Source: a virus. Taken from it: DNA of 64,000 nucleotides. Position 1 is the first letter of the stretch. Each line of letters starts with the position of its first letter. The DNA lies in IMG/VR virus record IMGVR_UViG_3300025141_016375, positions 9,895-73,894 of that record. One strand, 5' to 3'. The translations under genes were made by a program, and so were the position numbers. The notes below the pieces were generated by a model, which worked only from the letters and a program-made list of their open reading frames with translations, was not told the origin of the DNA and ran no database searches. Shown piece after piece: positions 48,201 to 57,483 of this stretch.

Positions 48201-49016
48201 CTTTTTCAAGATGATACACCTTTCATTCAAAAAACGCTTCACAAAACTGTTGCCGGTGTTTCTTTGGACAATCCGGGATTTACGCAAGGTATCCCCGTAA
48301 CAATGAACCTCTTGCTCCGCTTGGCTAATGCCGGGAATTATGCTGCGACTGTTTCTCCCTTTATGGAACAAAACATATTCGATGCTAATGGAACTTTAAT
48401 GCTTGAAAATTATTATTTGTATATTTTGTTTTTGTGTCTGCTGGGACGGGTAGAATATTTAACGGGGTTTACTCAAAGGCCCGGGATGGGCACTTTAACC
48501 CCCACTTCTTTTCATTATAGAAATCAAGTTAGATCCCCCCAATGGGCCAAGCTTACACCAATCGCGATTGGAAGCCTTAAAGATGATGAATTTTTGTATT
48601 GTCGGGTGAGTCTATACGATGAAGGCCCCCTTATCGATAATTCCTATATACGCTTATTTAGAGCCTATTTTACTAATGATCAATATTTTTACATGGGAGC
48701 AGGCACAACCTATACTATGGCTCCCGAAGATGCCGCGGGGCCCTTAACTACTTCTACGCCCAATCTTACGACTGCCACCGGTTTAAATGTCCTCCCCGCT
48801 GGTGCGCTAGCCACACCGGGCGGCGCCACTAATTCAGTGACACAGGGCTTGTCCATTGGCTTTGGGGCTTCCGGCGCGCCAACACCAGCACTGCCGGGAG
48901 GTGCACCACTACCGTCAGCTGCAGGGAAACGCGCGCCCAAGGGGAAAAATAAAAAGAATAAGGGAAGCGCCAAAGGAAAGAAAAAGAAGCCCCTGCGGCG
49001 GCGGAAGAAGATATAG
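45261..49016 (+). CDS. Large hypothetical virion protein with low-complexity linker and Lys/Arg-rich C-tail
   Basis: 1251-aa ORF in the structural block; the true start may be ATG 45267. Confidence 0.75.
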   Translation: MLMAKGLNYVPRPFVSRILVETATNTTSNAQQWIDLYTEQTDTDFGNDKANKLKITFNFAFKSLYPSYGNCVALEETSTVISKLGITGYRVRDPKLLKEFLDFKVEVGFGKREWAEANFGIGASHPMPYILKEDLPDYIVRQNGTNILTLPHYIFDIYEYNDTAATPNGNPEFLAYVFFITDKSITPNVFTSEIVFRGGALVNTTSYFVIGDHYEKGGKMYSLVEENLDVDTGVSLTAQVKKSYGAPGQLWCGSVHKHGAKLMAGLEKNGAQPVLKMYTARNDKIVDVRAAQAVDKTYAYEGSQYEKSLSFITTPTFANYQQYKVTDYLIPQSNGVFTEVDYSIRTFTSADDYSMALSMPPAAKVCLFFGMDKVRLLKQGTALPGLLDRLTAFNPDFLSYFTAKINITRFEIARLNVETGQAQILLIGNNGDYFDDAATADPDNKPVARRAKGHRLRRVGAAGTNIKFANDDGTISFYEFRDGELNADSYDNGMYKYSVKVSFRDPIWDYLNGHLTTLTKITEDLDDLLFKTSLKFLDTSVNKTVAVFDKYYQKMNPVFVEKALAGTALVGFTFATEGAYEGVPQSIVTAFAPYHVTETTKYNNLTLLLHAISGDMTALVAIDDYYQQTELQAAYGNSYHSDIRDYLINSTKLATTTPILLEKARSILALLSDKIAKVVSIYSREIKNKNSDVGADPYTDFLKGQGDFASPSTVNEIEMKHTFKKDIDLAKVKDRFDWLQNMGPSTQPFYSLKVVRSGDYIDTIATSFSYLLNEDTTYDPLAIGVDYWFLPSYTMRFEWGQGYVMWGDTPRAGTETFKLFNYKDQPQGTFAGDFENKFYQAMRKKVLGGSTDTQKNVSMLEILAFFGIKGPTKFFELTFLGLTPVLSEEQKTTISLIASALDFKKAGESGDQEQETDVDSNPTGKLVTKSGGVTEKDTASGAPHEWGGLSAKMWDINAAKKILALLFSDNSKKNNYRNLNLFQDDTPFIQKTLHKTVAGVSLDNPGFTQGIPVTMNLLLRLANAGNYAATVSPFMEQNIFDANGTLMLENYYLYILFLCLLGRVEYLTGFTQRPGMGTLTPTSFHYRNQVRSPQWAKLTPIAIGSLKDDEFLYCRVSLYDEGPLIDNSYIRLFRAYFTNDQYFYMGAGTTYTMAPEDAAGPLTTSTPNLTTATGLNVLPAGALATPGGATNSVTQGLSIGFGASGAPTPALPGGAPLPSAAGKRAPKGKNKKNKGSAKGKKKKPLRRRKKI

Positions 49017-49064
49017 ACCTAAAGACTTCAGAGCATTAACAGTGCATGAATAAAAGGAATTATA

Positions 49065-49071
49065 CTAATTA
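49065..49071 (+). promoter_or_regulatory. Candidate late promoter CTAATTA
   Basis: aCTAATTAtt, 31 nt before ATG 49096, followed by an AAGGAG SD. Confidence 0.55.
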
Positions 49072-49095
49072 TTAATGGATTTTAAGGAGAAATAG

Positions 49096-49299
49096 ATGCC
49101 CCCTACTGGATACAATAGCGATTATTATAGCAGTGCTTATTTACTATATATGGATGACTCTGCCCCCTCCGTCGATAACGTGGTAAGTGATTACGATTTT
49201 TCCATATATTATGATTCAACAGACACCGCAGGTGCAAATACAACACCACCGACCGGAGAGACGGACGACAGCGCCGCTCCGCTCACATATACTTCATAG
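49096..49299 (+). CDS. Small acidic Tyr/Ser/Thr-rich protein
   Basis: Strong AAGGAG SD; fills the gap between two large genes. Confidence 0.6.
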   Translation: MPPTGYNSDYYSSAYLLYMDDSAPSVDNVVSDYDFSIYYDSTDTAGANTTPPTGETDDSAAPLTYTS

Positions 49300-49311
49300 G
49301 CATTATTAATA

Positions 49312-52300
49312 ATGGGAATAAAAACTGAAATAGCAGTAGAAAAGCCGCCGGACCCACCAGTAGCGTACGCCTTTGTAGATGGCTGGCACGGGCACGATCC
49401 AAATGCAGTATCCCCGTCGTCTTACACTTTGATAGACAATTTTGATAAATTTGATCTCGATACTTATAGCCGTTATATATCTATTGCGACGGTGACGGAA
49501 ACCACCGCTCCTTTAATGCGAAGTGTGATACAAAACCTCGAAACAGTAGAGATGCCCAATTACACGCGCCCCTTTGCTTATAGATGGGAAATAAGGCCCG
49601 ATCTGCTGCGCTTTTTTACCAATAGGCGATTTTATTTGAATCAAGACAATGTAGTGAGCTATCCTCCCCAGACGTATTTATGGCCCGCCTGCACAGGCCA
49701 AGCTTGCGTATCGGCTACGGATCTTATGCCCTATACGTTTGCTGCGAAAAAGGCCGCCATCGGCATGGTCTCGAAACAATATCCTTATGAAGGTACAGAA
49801 TTTTTAACAAGCTTGATCCCTGTTTATGACGAGGGCTGGAGGTCTTCTCCAATTAATGAAAAACTAAACAATAATTTTTCTCTGACCAATTCTAAGATAA
49901 AGTGGATAGATTACTTTATAGGAGGCAACAGGGGTCCCCACGGAGAGACTTATAGCATCCCCCAACATCAATTGGGATACGCTCAGCTGGAGCGCCGAGT
50001 ACCGCAAGCTCCGCAGACCTCTGAGGCGTTTTTAGAGGTGCTAGAATATCTCAGAAAGTTGCTGAGTTCCGGTGTCCACCAATCCGGGAATCAATACGTT
50101 CTCGACGAGCATCACGCGAGCCAAGATTTGTCGGATTATCGAGGTATATATACAAACATGGTCCGCTACAGTTCTGGTCCCAACTATCCCGAGGGCGCGC
50201 TGGCGGAGCCTTTGCTGCAGCTCCAAATGTTCACTCGCATGGGCTACTTACCAGGCCTGGATAGTGGAGGGGATTGGCCCTGGGCATATGATGCCGCTTA
50301 CAGGCTCCTAATGCGTTTGACCAGTTTTCAGTATGTATCTTTTTGGGAAGGGTCCTCCCAAGATCCTCATCTGGCCAATGGCTATAAATTTCCTAAGCAC
50401 ACTTACTTTGTTGCAGACTTCCCTATAGGTCGCCCCTCTGCTTTTGGCTCCCAAAAGGAAGATCTTTACACGGGTACTCGTAAGGATCTACTTGGTTGTG
50501 TTCCTACTTATAATTATTTTTCTCCTTTGACCGAGGATTTTACACCAGAGGTTGTAACCACCGAACGACAGCTTCCCAATATCTATACTTTTTATTCTTA
50601 TAAGGCGAATACCACCACTTCCCAATTAGCTTATTACAAGGCTCTGATTCATTTGGGGAAGAACTCTTCTACTAGCACGGCAGCTGCTAATTTTCAATTG
50701 AATGATTATTATACGACCATCAAGACCATGGCACCGGAGGGCTCTGAAGCTGCCCCATCGGTCCTTGACCGCTATAAAAAAGTAGTCTTTGGCGCCAATC
50801 TCGAAATCTTAAAGGATGTTAAAGCAATACGAGATTATTTTCCTTATAGCATAGAAATTAATTTGCCCAATGCTCATTTTTCAGAGGCTATGCAAAAATT
50901 TGAAGAGAAGGGGGCGGTAGATTATTTCACCAGCTTGTTAGCAAATTATTCCGTAGATCCTGCTGCTTCCAGACGTCGAACGGCGATTCATAAGTACATT
51001 TTGCTTGATAGGTCCAGGCAGCACCCCAGCCATGGCGGAGGCGACATTAAGTTGTCCGACCTCCAAATTTTAAATCTTTCTCATTTTATGAGAAATACTC
51101 AATCGGAATTTGTAGAGCATATTGATGATCACAGATGTGTCAAATTTGGGTCGATTCTTGCACCCAATCAAGACGCAGAAGGGTCGGAAGCTACCGACAC
51201 CGCCTTCGATTTATATGCCACTAAATTCAACAATGTTTTTCTCAGCGGCTATACAGGCGACACCCCCCCGCAATATTTAGAAGGTCTGGACAACTATATT
51301 AAAGCAAAAGCGTTAAGCTTCTGGGGTGTATATGAGGGTAGAAAATGCCACACAGAAATTCTAGTTTTTGAGATAGTGAAGTTTAAAATTAATCAATATG
51401 GAAAGAAAGAATTGGTGCAAAGTATTTTTATACCGAATGTTTCTAGTTTTAAAGACGTATTTTCCTATGTTGATACGCAGGTATTTCCCAATCATTCTTA
51501 TACTTATGAAGTTTTTACACACACGTTGCTTGTAGGCAATGTTTATGAAATTTTACGAAAGCATGATAGTCCGGAGACCGAAGCCAAAAAACAAGGCACT
51601 GATGATATTTTGTGGTATGGCTACCCCCCAACGTCGGGTGAGTGGCCAGGTTGGCGCCCCACTGAGTTTAACTTAACCAAGTTAGATGGCGCCGCCGAAG
51701 ACGCTGACTACGAACCAACAGGCGTTAGAAACATGCCCACGGCTTTGATTGTGAGGGCACCGTATTACAACAATGAATCACTAGGGGCCCAAAGCGAAAC
51801 CATTGTTACATCCCGACCTCCACTGGTTCCCGATGTTGCTTTTTATTCTTATAAAGACGTGGCGGATAAAGTTTTAGTGCTTCTTAATCAAAACTTTGGG
51901 ACCAAAACCATGTTGCCCATCCCCATTTTTCCGGATGATGAAGATAAAATACAAAAACAATTCAATGCCCAGCAATACGATGATAAGCCCCCTGGTTATC
52001 TTATTTATGCATCTGATGATTATCGGGGAAGGTGGGAAATATATCGCACGACACGTCAGCCCTTAGAGTTAACCGATTTTGATAAGGTGGTGCCCCGCAC
52101 GATTGAAACACGCGAGCGCTCAGGATATGAAGACGCCATATTGCCCAATACTGATTATTATTATATGGTACGTTTTGTAGACTTGCATGAGAACATTTCC
52201 AATCCCACTAGCATCTTTTATTTAAGGATGGTTGAAGAAGAGGGGTTTCCCCCTTATTTGCTCGTGAAGGCGCATAGTATAACTGATTTTCATCGCAACA

Positions 52301-52635
52301 TTATCACCAAACGATTTAAAAAGTTTGTTAAAATTAAACTAAAAGACACTCTAAGAACGGTAATAGGAGAATCCGCTACGTCTGCGCAAATAAGCTATGA
52401 TGTGGGAGGCTCTAAGAAATTAAACAAATATAAATTTAGAATCACCTCTCTCAAAACCGGGAAGCAAATAGATATCAATGTTGGCTTTAGCCACATTGTG
52501 CATGCGGCTCCGCTTGTTGCTCCTAATGCTTTATTGGGTGACGATTGGTCCGAAGTTACGGAAGCCATGGCAGCCAAAGCTGAAGAGGCTCTCAACGTTA
52601 AAGTGGAGAACAATTCGGATGCGTCGTGCGATTAA
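49312..52635 (+). CDS. Large hypothetical virion protein with FN3-like segments
   Basis: YVDTQVFPNHSYTYEV and YEDAILPNTDYYYMVRFVD..NIS resemble fibronectin-III strand signatures. Confidence 0.65.
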   Translation: MGIKTEIAVEKPPDPPVAYAFVDGWHGHDPNAVSPSSYTLIDNFDKFDLDTYSRYISIATVTETTAPLMRSVIQNLETVEMPNYTRPFAYRWEIRPDLLRFFTNRRFYLNQDNVVSYPPQTYLWPACTGQACVSATDLMPYTFAAKKAAIGMVSKQYPYEGTEFLTSLIPVYDEGWRSSPINEKLNNNFSLTNSKIKWIDYFIGGNRGPHGETYSIPQHQLGYAQLERRVPQAPQTSEAFLEVLEYLRKLLSSGVHQSGNQYVLDEHHASQDLSDYRGIYTNMVRYSSGPNYPEGALAEPLLQLQMFTRMGYLPGLDSGGDWPWAYDAAYRLLMRLTSFQYVSFWEGSSQDPHLANGYKFPKHTYFVADFPIGRPSAFGSQKEDLYTGTRKDLLGCVPTYNYFSPLTEDFTPEVVTTERQLPNIYTFYSYKANTTTSQLAYYKALIHLGKNSSTSTAAANFQLNDYYTTIKTMAPEGSEAAPSVLDRYKKVVFGANLEILKDVKAIRDYFPYSIEINLPNAHFSEAMQKFEEKGAVDYFTSLLANYSVDPAASRRRTAIHKYILLDRSRQHPSHGGGDIKLSDLQILNLSHFMRNTQSEFVEHIDDHRCVKFGSILAPNQDAEGSEATDTAFDLYATKFNNVFLSGYTGDTPPQYLEGLDNYIKAKALSFWGVYEGRKCHTEILVFEIVKFKINQYGKKELVQSIFIPNVSSFKDVFSYVDTQVFPNHSYTYEVFTHTLLVGNVYEILRKHDSPETEAKKQGTDDILWYGYPPTSGEWPGWRPTEFNLTKLDGAAEDADYEPTGVRNMPTALIVRAPYYNNESLGAQSETIVTSRPPLVPDVAFYSYKDVADKVLVLLNQNFGTKTMLPIPIFPDDEDKIQKQFNAQQYDDKPPGYLIYASDDYRGRWEIYRTTRQPLELTDFDKVVPRTIETRERSGYEDAILPNTDYYYMVRFVDLHENISNPTSIFYLRMVEEEGFPPYLLVKAHSITDFHRNIITKRFKKFVKIKLKDTLRTVIGESATSAQISYDVGGSKKLNKYKFRITSLKTGKQIDINVGFSHIVHAAPLVAPNALLGDDWSEVTEAMAAKAEEALNVKVENNSDASCD

Positions 52636-52699
52636 TTTTAAAATAGCAAATGAAAAAAAGTTCTAATGTTAATAAATATAATAGATTGTAAAGAATGGA

Positions 52700-52706
52700 C
52701 TAATTA
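52700..52706 (+). promoter_or_regulatory. Candidate late promoter CTAATTA
   Basis: aCTAATTAat in an AT-rich gap, 24 nt before ATG 52724, followed by AAGGAG. Confidence 0.55.
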
Positions 52707-52723
52707 ATAAAAGGAGTTAAGTT

Positions 52724-53713
52724 ATGGGTTTTTTAGATAATTCGGGCGATATTATTTTAGACGCGGTTCTCACCGATACTGGTCGAATGAGAATGGCAAA
52801 GGGCGATGGAACCTTTAAAATAGCTAAATATGCGTTTGGCGATGATGAAATTGATTATGGAAACTATAACGCCACTAATCCTAGTGGATCCGCTTATTAC
52901 GATTTAGAGATTTTACAAACTCCAATTCTTGAAGCATTTACAAACAATCGCTCTTCTTTAAAGCACAAATTAGTTACAATGACTAACAACAACCTTCTCT
53001 TTTTGCCTGAAATTGTATTAAATGATAATGTATCCATTGGATACAAGGGCAAGTTGCCGCCCCCCACAGATTTGGCCACGGGGAGTTTTATTGTGGCCGT
53101 TGATGCCACTACTGTTAACACCCTTACGGGACAGGACGGCGGTATAGGGCAGCTGAACGGAAGATTTATTGTGGGCACTGCCCCCCAAACGACTGCTAGT
53201 CCTTTTATTCGAGTCGACCAGGGTTTAAACACTACTAAATTGTCCGCGGAACAACAACTAAGTGCAGAATTGCGCGAACAGCAATATTTAGTTCAAATTG
53301 ATAACCGCCTAGGCCGCCTCACCGATCCCCGCGGCCAGTCAGCTACTTCACCAGCTTTTATCGACGACGATCAAATTGCTTCTTATTATTTTACATTGGG
53401 CGTCGGCGGTTTTGTAGAGTTATGCACAACCGGCCCACGCAACGCCATTACGGCTGTTGGCGATAGCGAGGGCACCGGTGGATCAGCGGGAGATTTCCAA
53501 GTCTTGGATGGGCCGCGGGGCACCAACCTTTTATTTTCCATCCAAGCCCAAAGCAATGTACAAGCCAGCACCTTTTTGTTTGAAACGTTGGGTACAACCA
53601 AAAACTTTGAGGGCGTGGACTATTTTGTTATTGATTCCACCGTCAAAGTAACCGGCGTTACTACAGGATATACAATAGACCTTCCCGTACGATACGTAAA
53701 ACAACAGACTTAA
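52724..53713 (+). CDS. Virion structural protein (tail-collar-like N-terminus)
   Basis: ILDAVLTDTGR..MAKG...KIAKYAFGDDEIDY. Confidence 0.7.
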   Translation: MGFLDNSGDIILDAVLTDTGRMRMAKGDGTFKIAKYAFGDDEIDYGNYNATNPSGSAYYDLEILQTPILEAFTNNRSSLKHKLVTMTNNNLLFLPEIVLNDNVSIGYKGKLPPPTDLATGSFIVAVDATTVNTLTGQDGGIGQLNGRFIVGTAPQTTASPFIRVDQGLNTTKLSAEQQLSAELREQQYLVQIDNRLGRLTDPRGQSATSPAFIDDDQIASYYFTLGVGGFVELCTTGPRNAITAVGDSEGTGGSAGDFQVLDGPRGTNLLFSIQAQSNVQASTFLFETLGTTKNFEGVDYFVIDSTVKVTGVTTGYTIDLPVRYVKQQT

Positions 53714-53728
53714 AATTAGGAGAGCATA

Positions 53729-54802
53729 ATGGCTAACACTTTTAAAACATTTTTACCCGAAGACATTGCGACCACGCGGACGCTACTTCACGAGGCAATT
53801 CCGATCACGGGAACGATTGTTTCTGGTACTTATGAAGATTTAAATATTAAAAACTTTACACACGCTATGTTTCAATCAGTGTATGATTATCCTTTTTTAA
53901 GTTCTTCGGCTAATCACATCTTTGACATAACTTGGGGCTATTCTGTTAACAGCCCTCAAAGTGCAAGTACTGGGCTTAAAGTGCAGCAAGACAAAAAGAT
54001 TAATATCTATAATCAAATGGCGCTGGTTTTAAATGAGTTGGACATCTCAGGGAATATCCGAGATTTTGATAGAGATGGGGAGATAGATGTTGATATAGAC
54101 GATGACATGCAATCCGTCTTTTTCCTTAATTTTACTCGTTTGTTGATGAAAGATGAGATAAAGAAAAATTCCTTTAGAATGACAATCTTTACAGGCTCAA
54201 CGGTACCTGTAAAACTTGGCGCTGTTGCCCTACAGCCAGTAATTGGCGATTATGGAGCAACGACTAATTACAAAATTAATTCGCCTGCGGGAGAATACGG
54301 CCTTCTCTTTACTTCGTCCCTTTTTACTGGTCACGCCACAAATCCTCCTGTGGGCCATTTATATTATCAAGCGGGCATCGCAGTTATCACTTCTTCTATT
54401 TTTACTAATCAATTTGGAGATAATGCTGCAGCGGTGGCATCCGAACCGTGGATTGGCTCCATCGGCGAAGCTTTGACTGGCGCCACCATCCCGCAATTGG
54501 CGGATGGCCTCAGATTTACTATTGACAACATCCAATTCAATAACACTACAGAGCTTAATTCAACTATTTATTTCTGCCGGGCACATAATACGGATTTTAA
54601 TTATTCTTCAAATCCAACGTATTTATCTTCTTCTCAAATTGTAGTTAAAAATAATAATCCGATGGCAAATCCGGTCTCTTATATGACTACGGTTGGGCTT
54701 TATTCTCCCGATAACGAGTTGATGGCCGTAGCGAAAGTGTCCGAACCACTTAAAAAGTCGCCCGCTAACGAGCTTACTTTACGAGTGAGACTCGATTATT
54801 AA
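53729..54802 (+). CDS. Virion structural protein (tail-collar-like C-terminus)
   Basis: FNYSSNPT...YMTTVGLY...ELMAVAKVSEPLKK...LRVRLDY. Confidence 0.7.
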   Translation: MANTFKTFLPEDIATTRTLLHEAIPITGTIVSGTYEDLNIKNFTHAMFQSVYDYPFLSSSANHIFDITWGYSVNSPQSASTGLKVQQDKKINIYNQMALVLNELDISGNIRDFDRDGEIDVDIDDDMQSVFFLNFTRLLMKDEIKKNSFRMTIFTGSTVPVKLGAVALQPVIGDYGATTNYKINSPAGEYGLLFTSSLFTGHATNPPVGHLYYQAGIAVITSSIFTNQFGDNAAAVASEPWIGSIGEALTGATIPQLADGLRFTIDNIQFNNTTELNSTIYFCRAHNTDFNYSSNPTYLSSSQIVVKNNNPMANPVSYMTTVGLYSPDNELMAVAKVSEPLKKSPANELTLRVRLDY

Positions 54803-54807
54803 AAAAA

Positions 54808-56016
54808 ATGCCCTATTATGAATTTAAACCAGAGGATTTATTTTATAATACAATCGAAACGTGGCCTACAGTACAATTTGATGTCAATATCAACACTGTT
54901 TATCTAAATAATAAAAATGAAATTACAGGTGCCCACGTTCTTAACGCCGGTTGTATTCCCACGGGGTTTATAAGCCTTTATGAATTGAATGTGGACAGGG
55001 ACTTTTCTGCACAAACCTATGATCCCAAAACTAATCCAGATGGTATACAGAGTAAAATATTTCCATTCGTAACCAAAGATGGAAGTTTTGAAGCCATTGG
55101 AAATGTATCGGTAAAAGACTACTTTAATACTTTTGAATATGGGGACGTTATCACCGGGTCGTATCCTATGTCGGCCAGTTTGATTCGCTCTGGAACCGCC
55201 CCGGGCGGACAATTTGTCATGGCACTGAGGAACACTTTAAATTATTATACGCCTGTAAGTCCTCATTATGCTTTTTCTTCGTCGATCTTTCAACGAGACT
55301 TCGGAACGGACGATGTAAATCTTTTAAACATACCTTCTATTTTTTATGGTTCCCAACTCAGAAAGGGAACGGTACGTTTAAAATTTTATATTTCGGGCAC
55401 GCTAGTGGCAGAACTTAATGATAGAGATTTTAATGGAGAGTTGATCCAAGTGGACGGCGACGCCTTTGCCACAGCGGCTTCTAATGATGTGGTTGCAGGT
55501 GTAGTTTTATATAAAGAAGGGATCATCATGTTGACTGGCAGTCGCAATCTTACCCTTGAGACATATGAATTTGGAATCGGCGCGGCACATGAGGGCCGAT
55601 GGCTCGACTTTGCGGCGGGCGCCAACGATGGAGTGGATCCAGTTACTCCAAGCGCCAGTTTCTCTGTGAACTTTGAAGGAATAAACAATGTACAAACTTT
55701 AACAATGTTTGCAAACGCTCCCAAGTCAAATTTAAATTTCTCTTCTAACCCAACCTTTTTAAATCATTCTTCTTCATTAATAACACAACCCGTAACGAGT
55801 AGTGTACAATATAAAGAATCCGAAGAGACAGAAATCTTTAATACAGTCAGTAGCTCGTACTTCAATTTTGACGAAAGATTTAAACATCAGACATTTATTA
55901 GTAAAATAGGTATATACGATTATCAAAAAAATCTTATAGCCGTCGCCAATTTGGCCACACCCATTAAAAAGAATAGTGAACGCGATTTCACTTTTAAATT
56001 AAAACTAGATCTTTAG
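54808..56016 (+). CDS. Virion structural protein, paralogue of 53729..54802
   Basis: LNFSSNPT...FISKIGIYD...LIAVANLATPIKK...FKLKLDL. Confidence 0.7.
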   Translation: MPYYEFKPEDLFYNTIETWPTVQFDVNINTVYLNNKNEITGAHVLNAGCIPTGFISLYELNVDRDFSAQTYDPKTNPDGIQSKIFPFVTKDGSFEAIGNVSVKDYFNTFEYGDVITGSYPMSASLIRSGTAPGGQFVMALRNTLNYYTPVSPHYAFSSSIFQRDFGTDDVNLLNIPSIFYGSQLRKGTVRLKFYISGTLVAELNDRDFNGELIQVDGDAFATAASNDVVAGVVLYKEGIIMLTGSRNLTLETYEFGIGAAHEGRWLDFAAGANDGVDPVTPSASFSVNFEGINNVQTLTMFANAPKSNLNFSSNPTFLNHSSSLITQPVTSSVQYKESEETEIFNTVSSSYFNFDERFKHQTFISKIGIYDYQKNLIAVANLATPIKKNSERDFTFKLKLDL

Positions 56017-56027
56017 GAAATAAAAAA

Positions 56028-56570
56028 ATGATTTTAGGGCTGGACGTAAGTACCAGCATCACCGGGTTCTGTATCTTGGATGCAAGCTCAGAAATTATAC
56101 GTTGTGATGCGTGGGACTTCAGAAATAAAAATAAGTACAATTCAGAGTTTAAAAAAGCGGCTCTGATAAAAGAACAGCTTTGTTCGATTAAAGCGCAATA
56201 TCCAATTGAAAAGGTGTACATTGAAAAACCTTTTGTGTTTTTTAAAGGAGGTGGCTCCTCTGGCAAAACAATGGCCACTCTCCAACGATTCAATGGAATG
56301 GTCTCTTGGATTGCCAAAGAAACCTTTGACAGGGACCCTCTTTATTTTACAGCGCAAGCGGCGCGCAAGCTTTTAAATATTAAAGTCCCTCGCGGTTCCC
56401 GAGCAAAAGAAGAGGTAATCAAATGGTTGCTTGACAATGCACCTTCTTTTAGTGTAGAATATACTAAGTTTGGTAATCCCAAACCAAAGTATTTCGACAT
56501 GGCAGACGCAATTATCGTCGCCAAAGCAGGGCTCACTACATTAAATGCAAACCAAAATCCAAATTCTTAG
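56028..56570 (+). CDS. RuvC-like Holliday junction resolvase
   Basis: ILGLDVST..TG, VYIEK and DMADA catalytic pattern. Confidence 0.85.
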   Translation: MILGLDVSTSITGFCILDASSEIIRCDAWDFRNKNKYNSEFKKAALIKEQLCSIKAQYPIEKVYIEKPFVFFKGGGSSGKTMATLQRFNGMVSWIAKETFDRDPLYFTAQAARKLLNIKVPRGSRAKEEVIKWLLDNAPSFSVEYTKFGNPKPKYFDMADAIIVAKAGLTTLNANQNPNS

Positions 56571-57468
56571 AGACGCTTTCGGATCATATTACAAATCAAA
56601 AAATGAATATTTATTTAAATGTCCATTTTGCGAACATCATAAGAAAAAACTTTCAATCAACTTAAAGTCAAATGTCTATAAATGCTGGGTTTGTGACAGC
56701 AAAGGCAAAAGCATTCAATATCTTATAAAGAGATTTGCTTCTAGAACAGCTTTAAAAGAGTGGCAGCTGTTAGATGAAAAAGTTGATATGTCTTTGGCGG
56801 ACAATTTATTTGACGCTCCCCGGGAAGAAGAACAAACTATCGAACTCCCTTCTGAGTTTGTTTGCTTGGCGAATGGTAACCTTCCATTAACAGCTAAAAA
56901 ACCTTTAAATTATTTAAAAAAACGAGGTATAATAGAGAAGGACATTAAATATTTTAAAATAGGCTTTTGTGAAGAGGGCGAGTACAAGAGCAGAATAATC
57001 ATACCCTCATTTAATGAAGACGGATATTGCAATTATTTTGTTGCACGAACCTATACCAACAATTGGTCAAAATACAAAAACCCACAAGTATCTAAAGATA
57101 TTATATTTAACGATTTGCTAATTGATTGGAACCAGCCTGTTGCGATAGTTGAAGGAATCTTTGATGCCATTAAAGCTCCAAATGCCATTCCTTTACTTGG
57201 ATCAACTTTAAATAAAAAATCTAAACTTTTTTGTAAGCTAGCACAAAACACCAAACGTGTTTATCTAGCATTAGATAAAGATGCATTAAAAAAGTCTTTT
57301 CTAATCATTAAGGATCTGTTAGAGTATGGGTTGGAGGTCTATAGGATAGATACATCAAAAATAGATGATATTGGTAGTATTTCTAAAGTAGAAGCGCTTG
57401 AATTGAGAAATGCGGCCCTGCCTATGACCTTTGAGAATTATATCGATATAGGGTATAAAATTAGTTAA
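56545..57468 (+). CDS. DNA primase (Zn finger plus TOPRIM; DnaG/gp61-like)
   Basis: CPFC..H...CWVC, YLKKRGI, RIIIP, KYKNP, VEGIFDA and LDKDA. Confidence 0.92.
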   Translation: MQTKIQILRDAFGSYYKSKNEYLFKCPFCEHHKKKLSINLKSNVYKCWVCDSKGKSIQYLIKRFASRTALKEWQLLDEKVDMSLADNLFDAPREEEQTIELPSEFVCLANGNLPLTAKKPLNYLKKRGIIEKDIKYFKIGFCEEGEYKSRIIIPSFNEDGYCNYFVARTYTNNWSKYKNPQVSKDIIFNDLLIDWNQPVAIVEGIFDAIKAPNAIPLLGSTLNKKSKLFCKLAQNTKRVYLALDKDALKKSFLIIKDLLEYGLEVYRIDTSKIDDIGSISKVEALELRNAALPMTFENYIDIGYKIS

Positions 57469-57483
57469 ATACTGGAGGAACCA

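Noticed and set aside
48924-49016. Nuclear localisation signal implying a eukaryotic giant virus
   Set aside because: SD sites, overlapping operon-like genes, gp25/gp6 baseplate, DnaG-type primase and a peptidoglycan peptidase all point to a bacteriophage.
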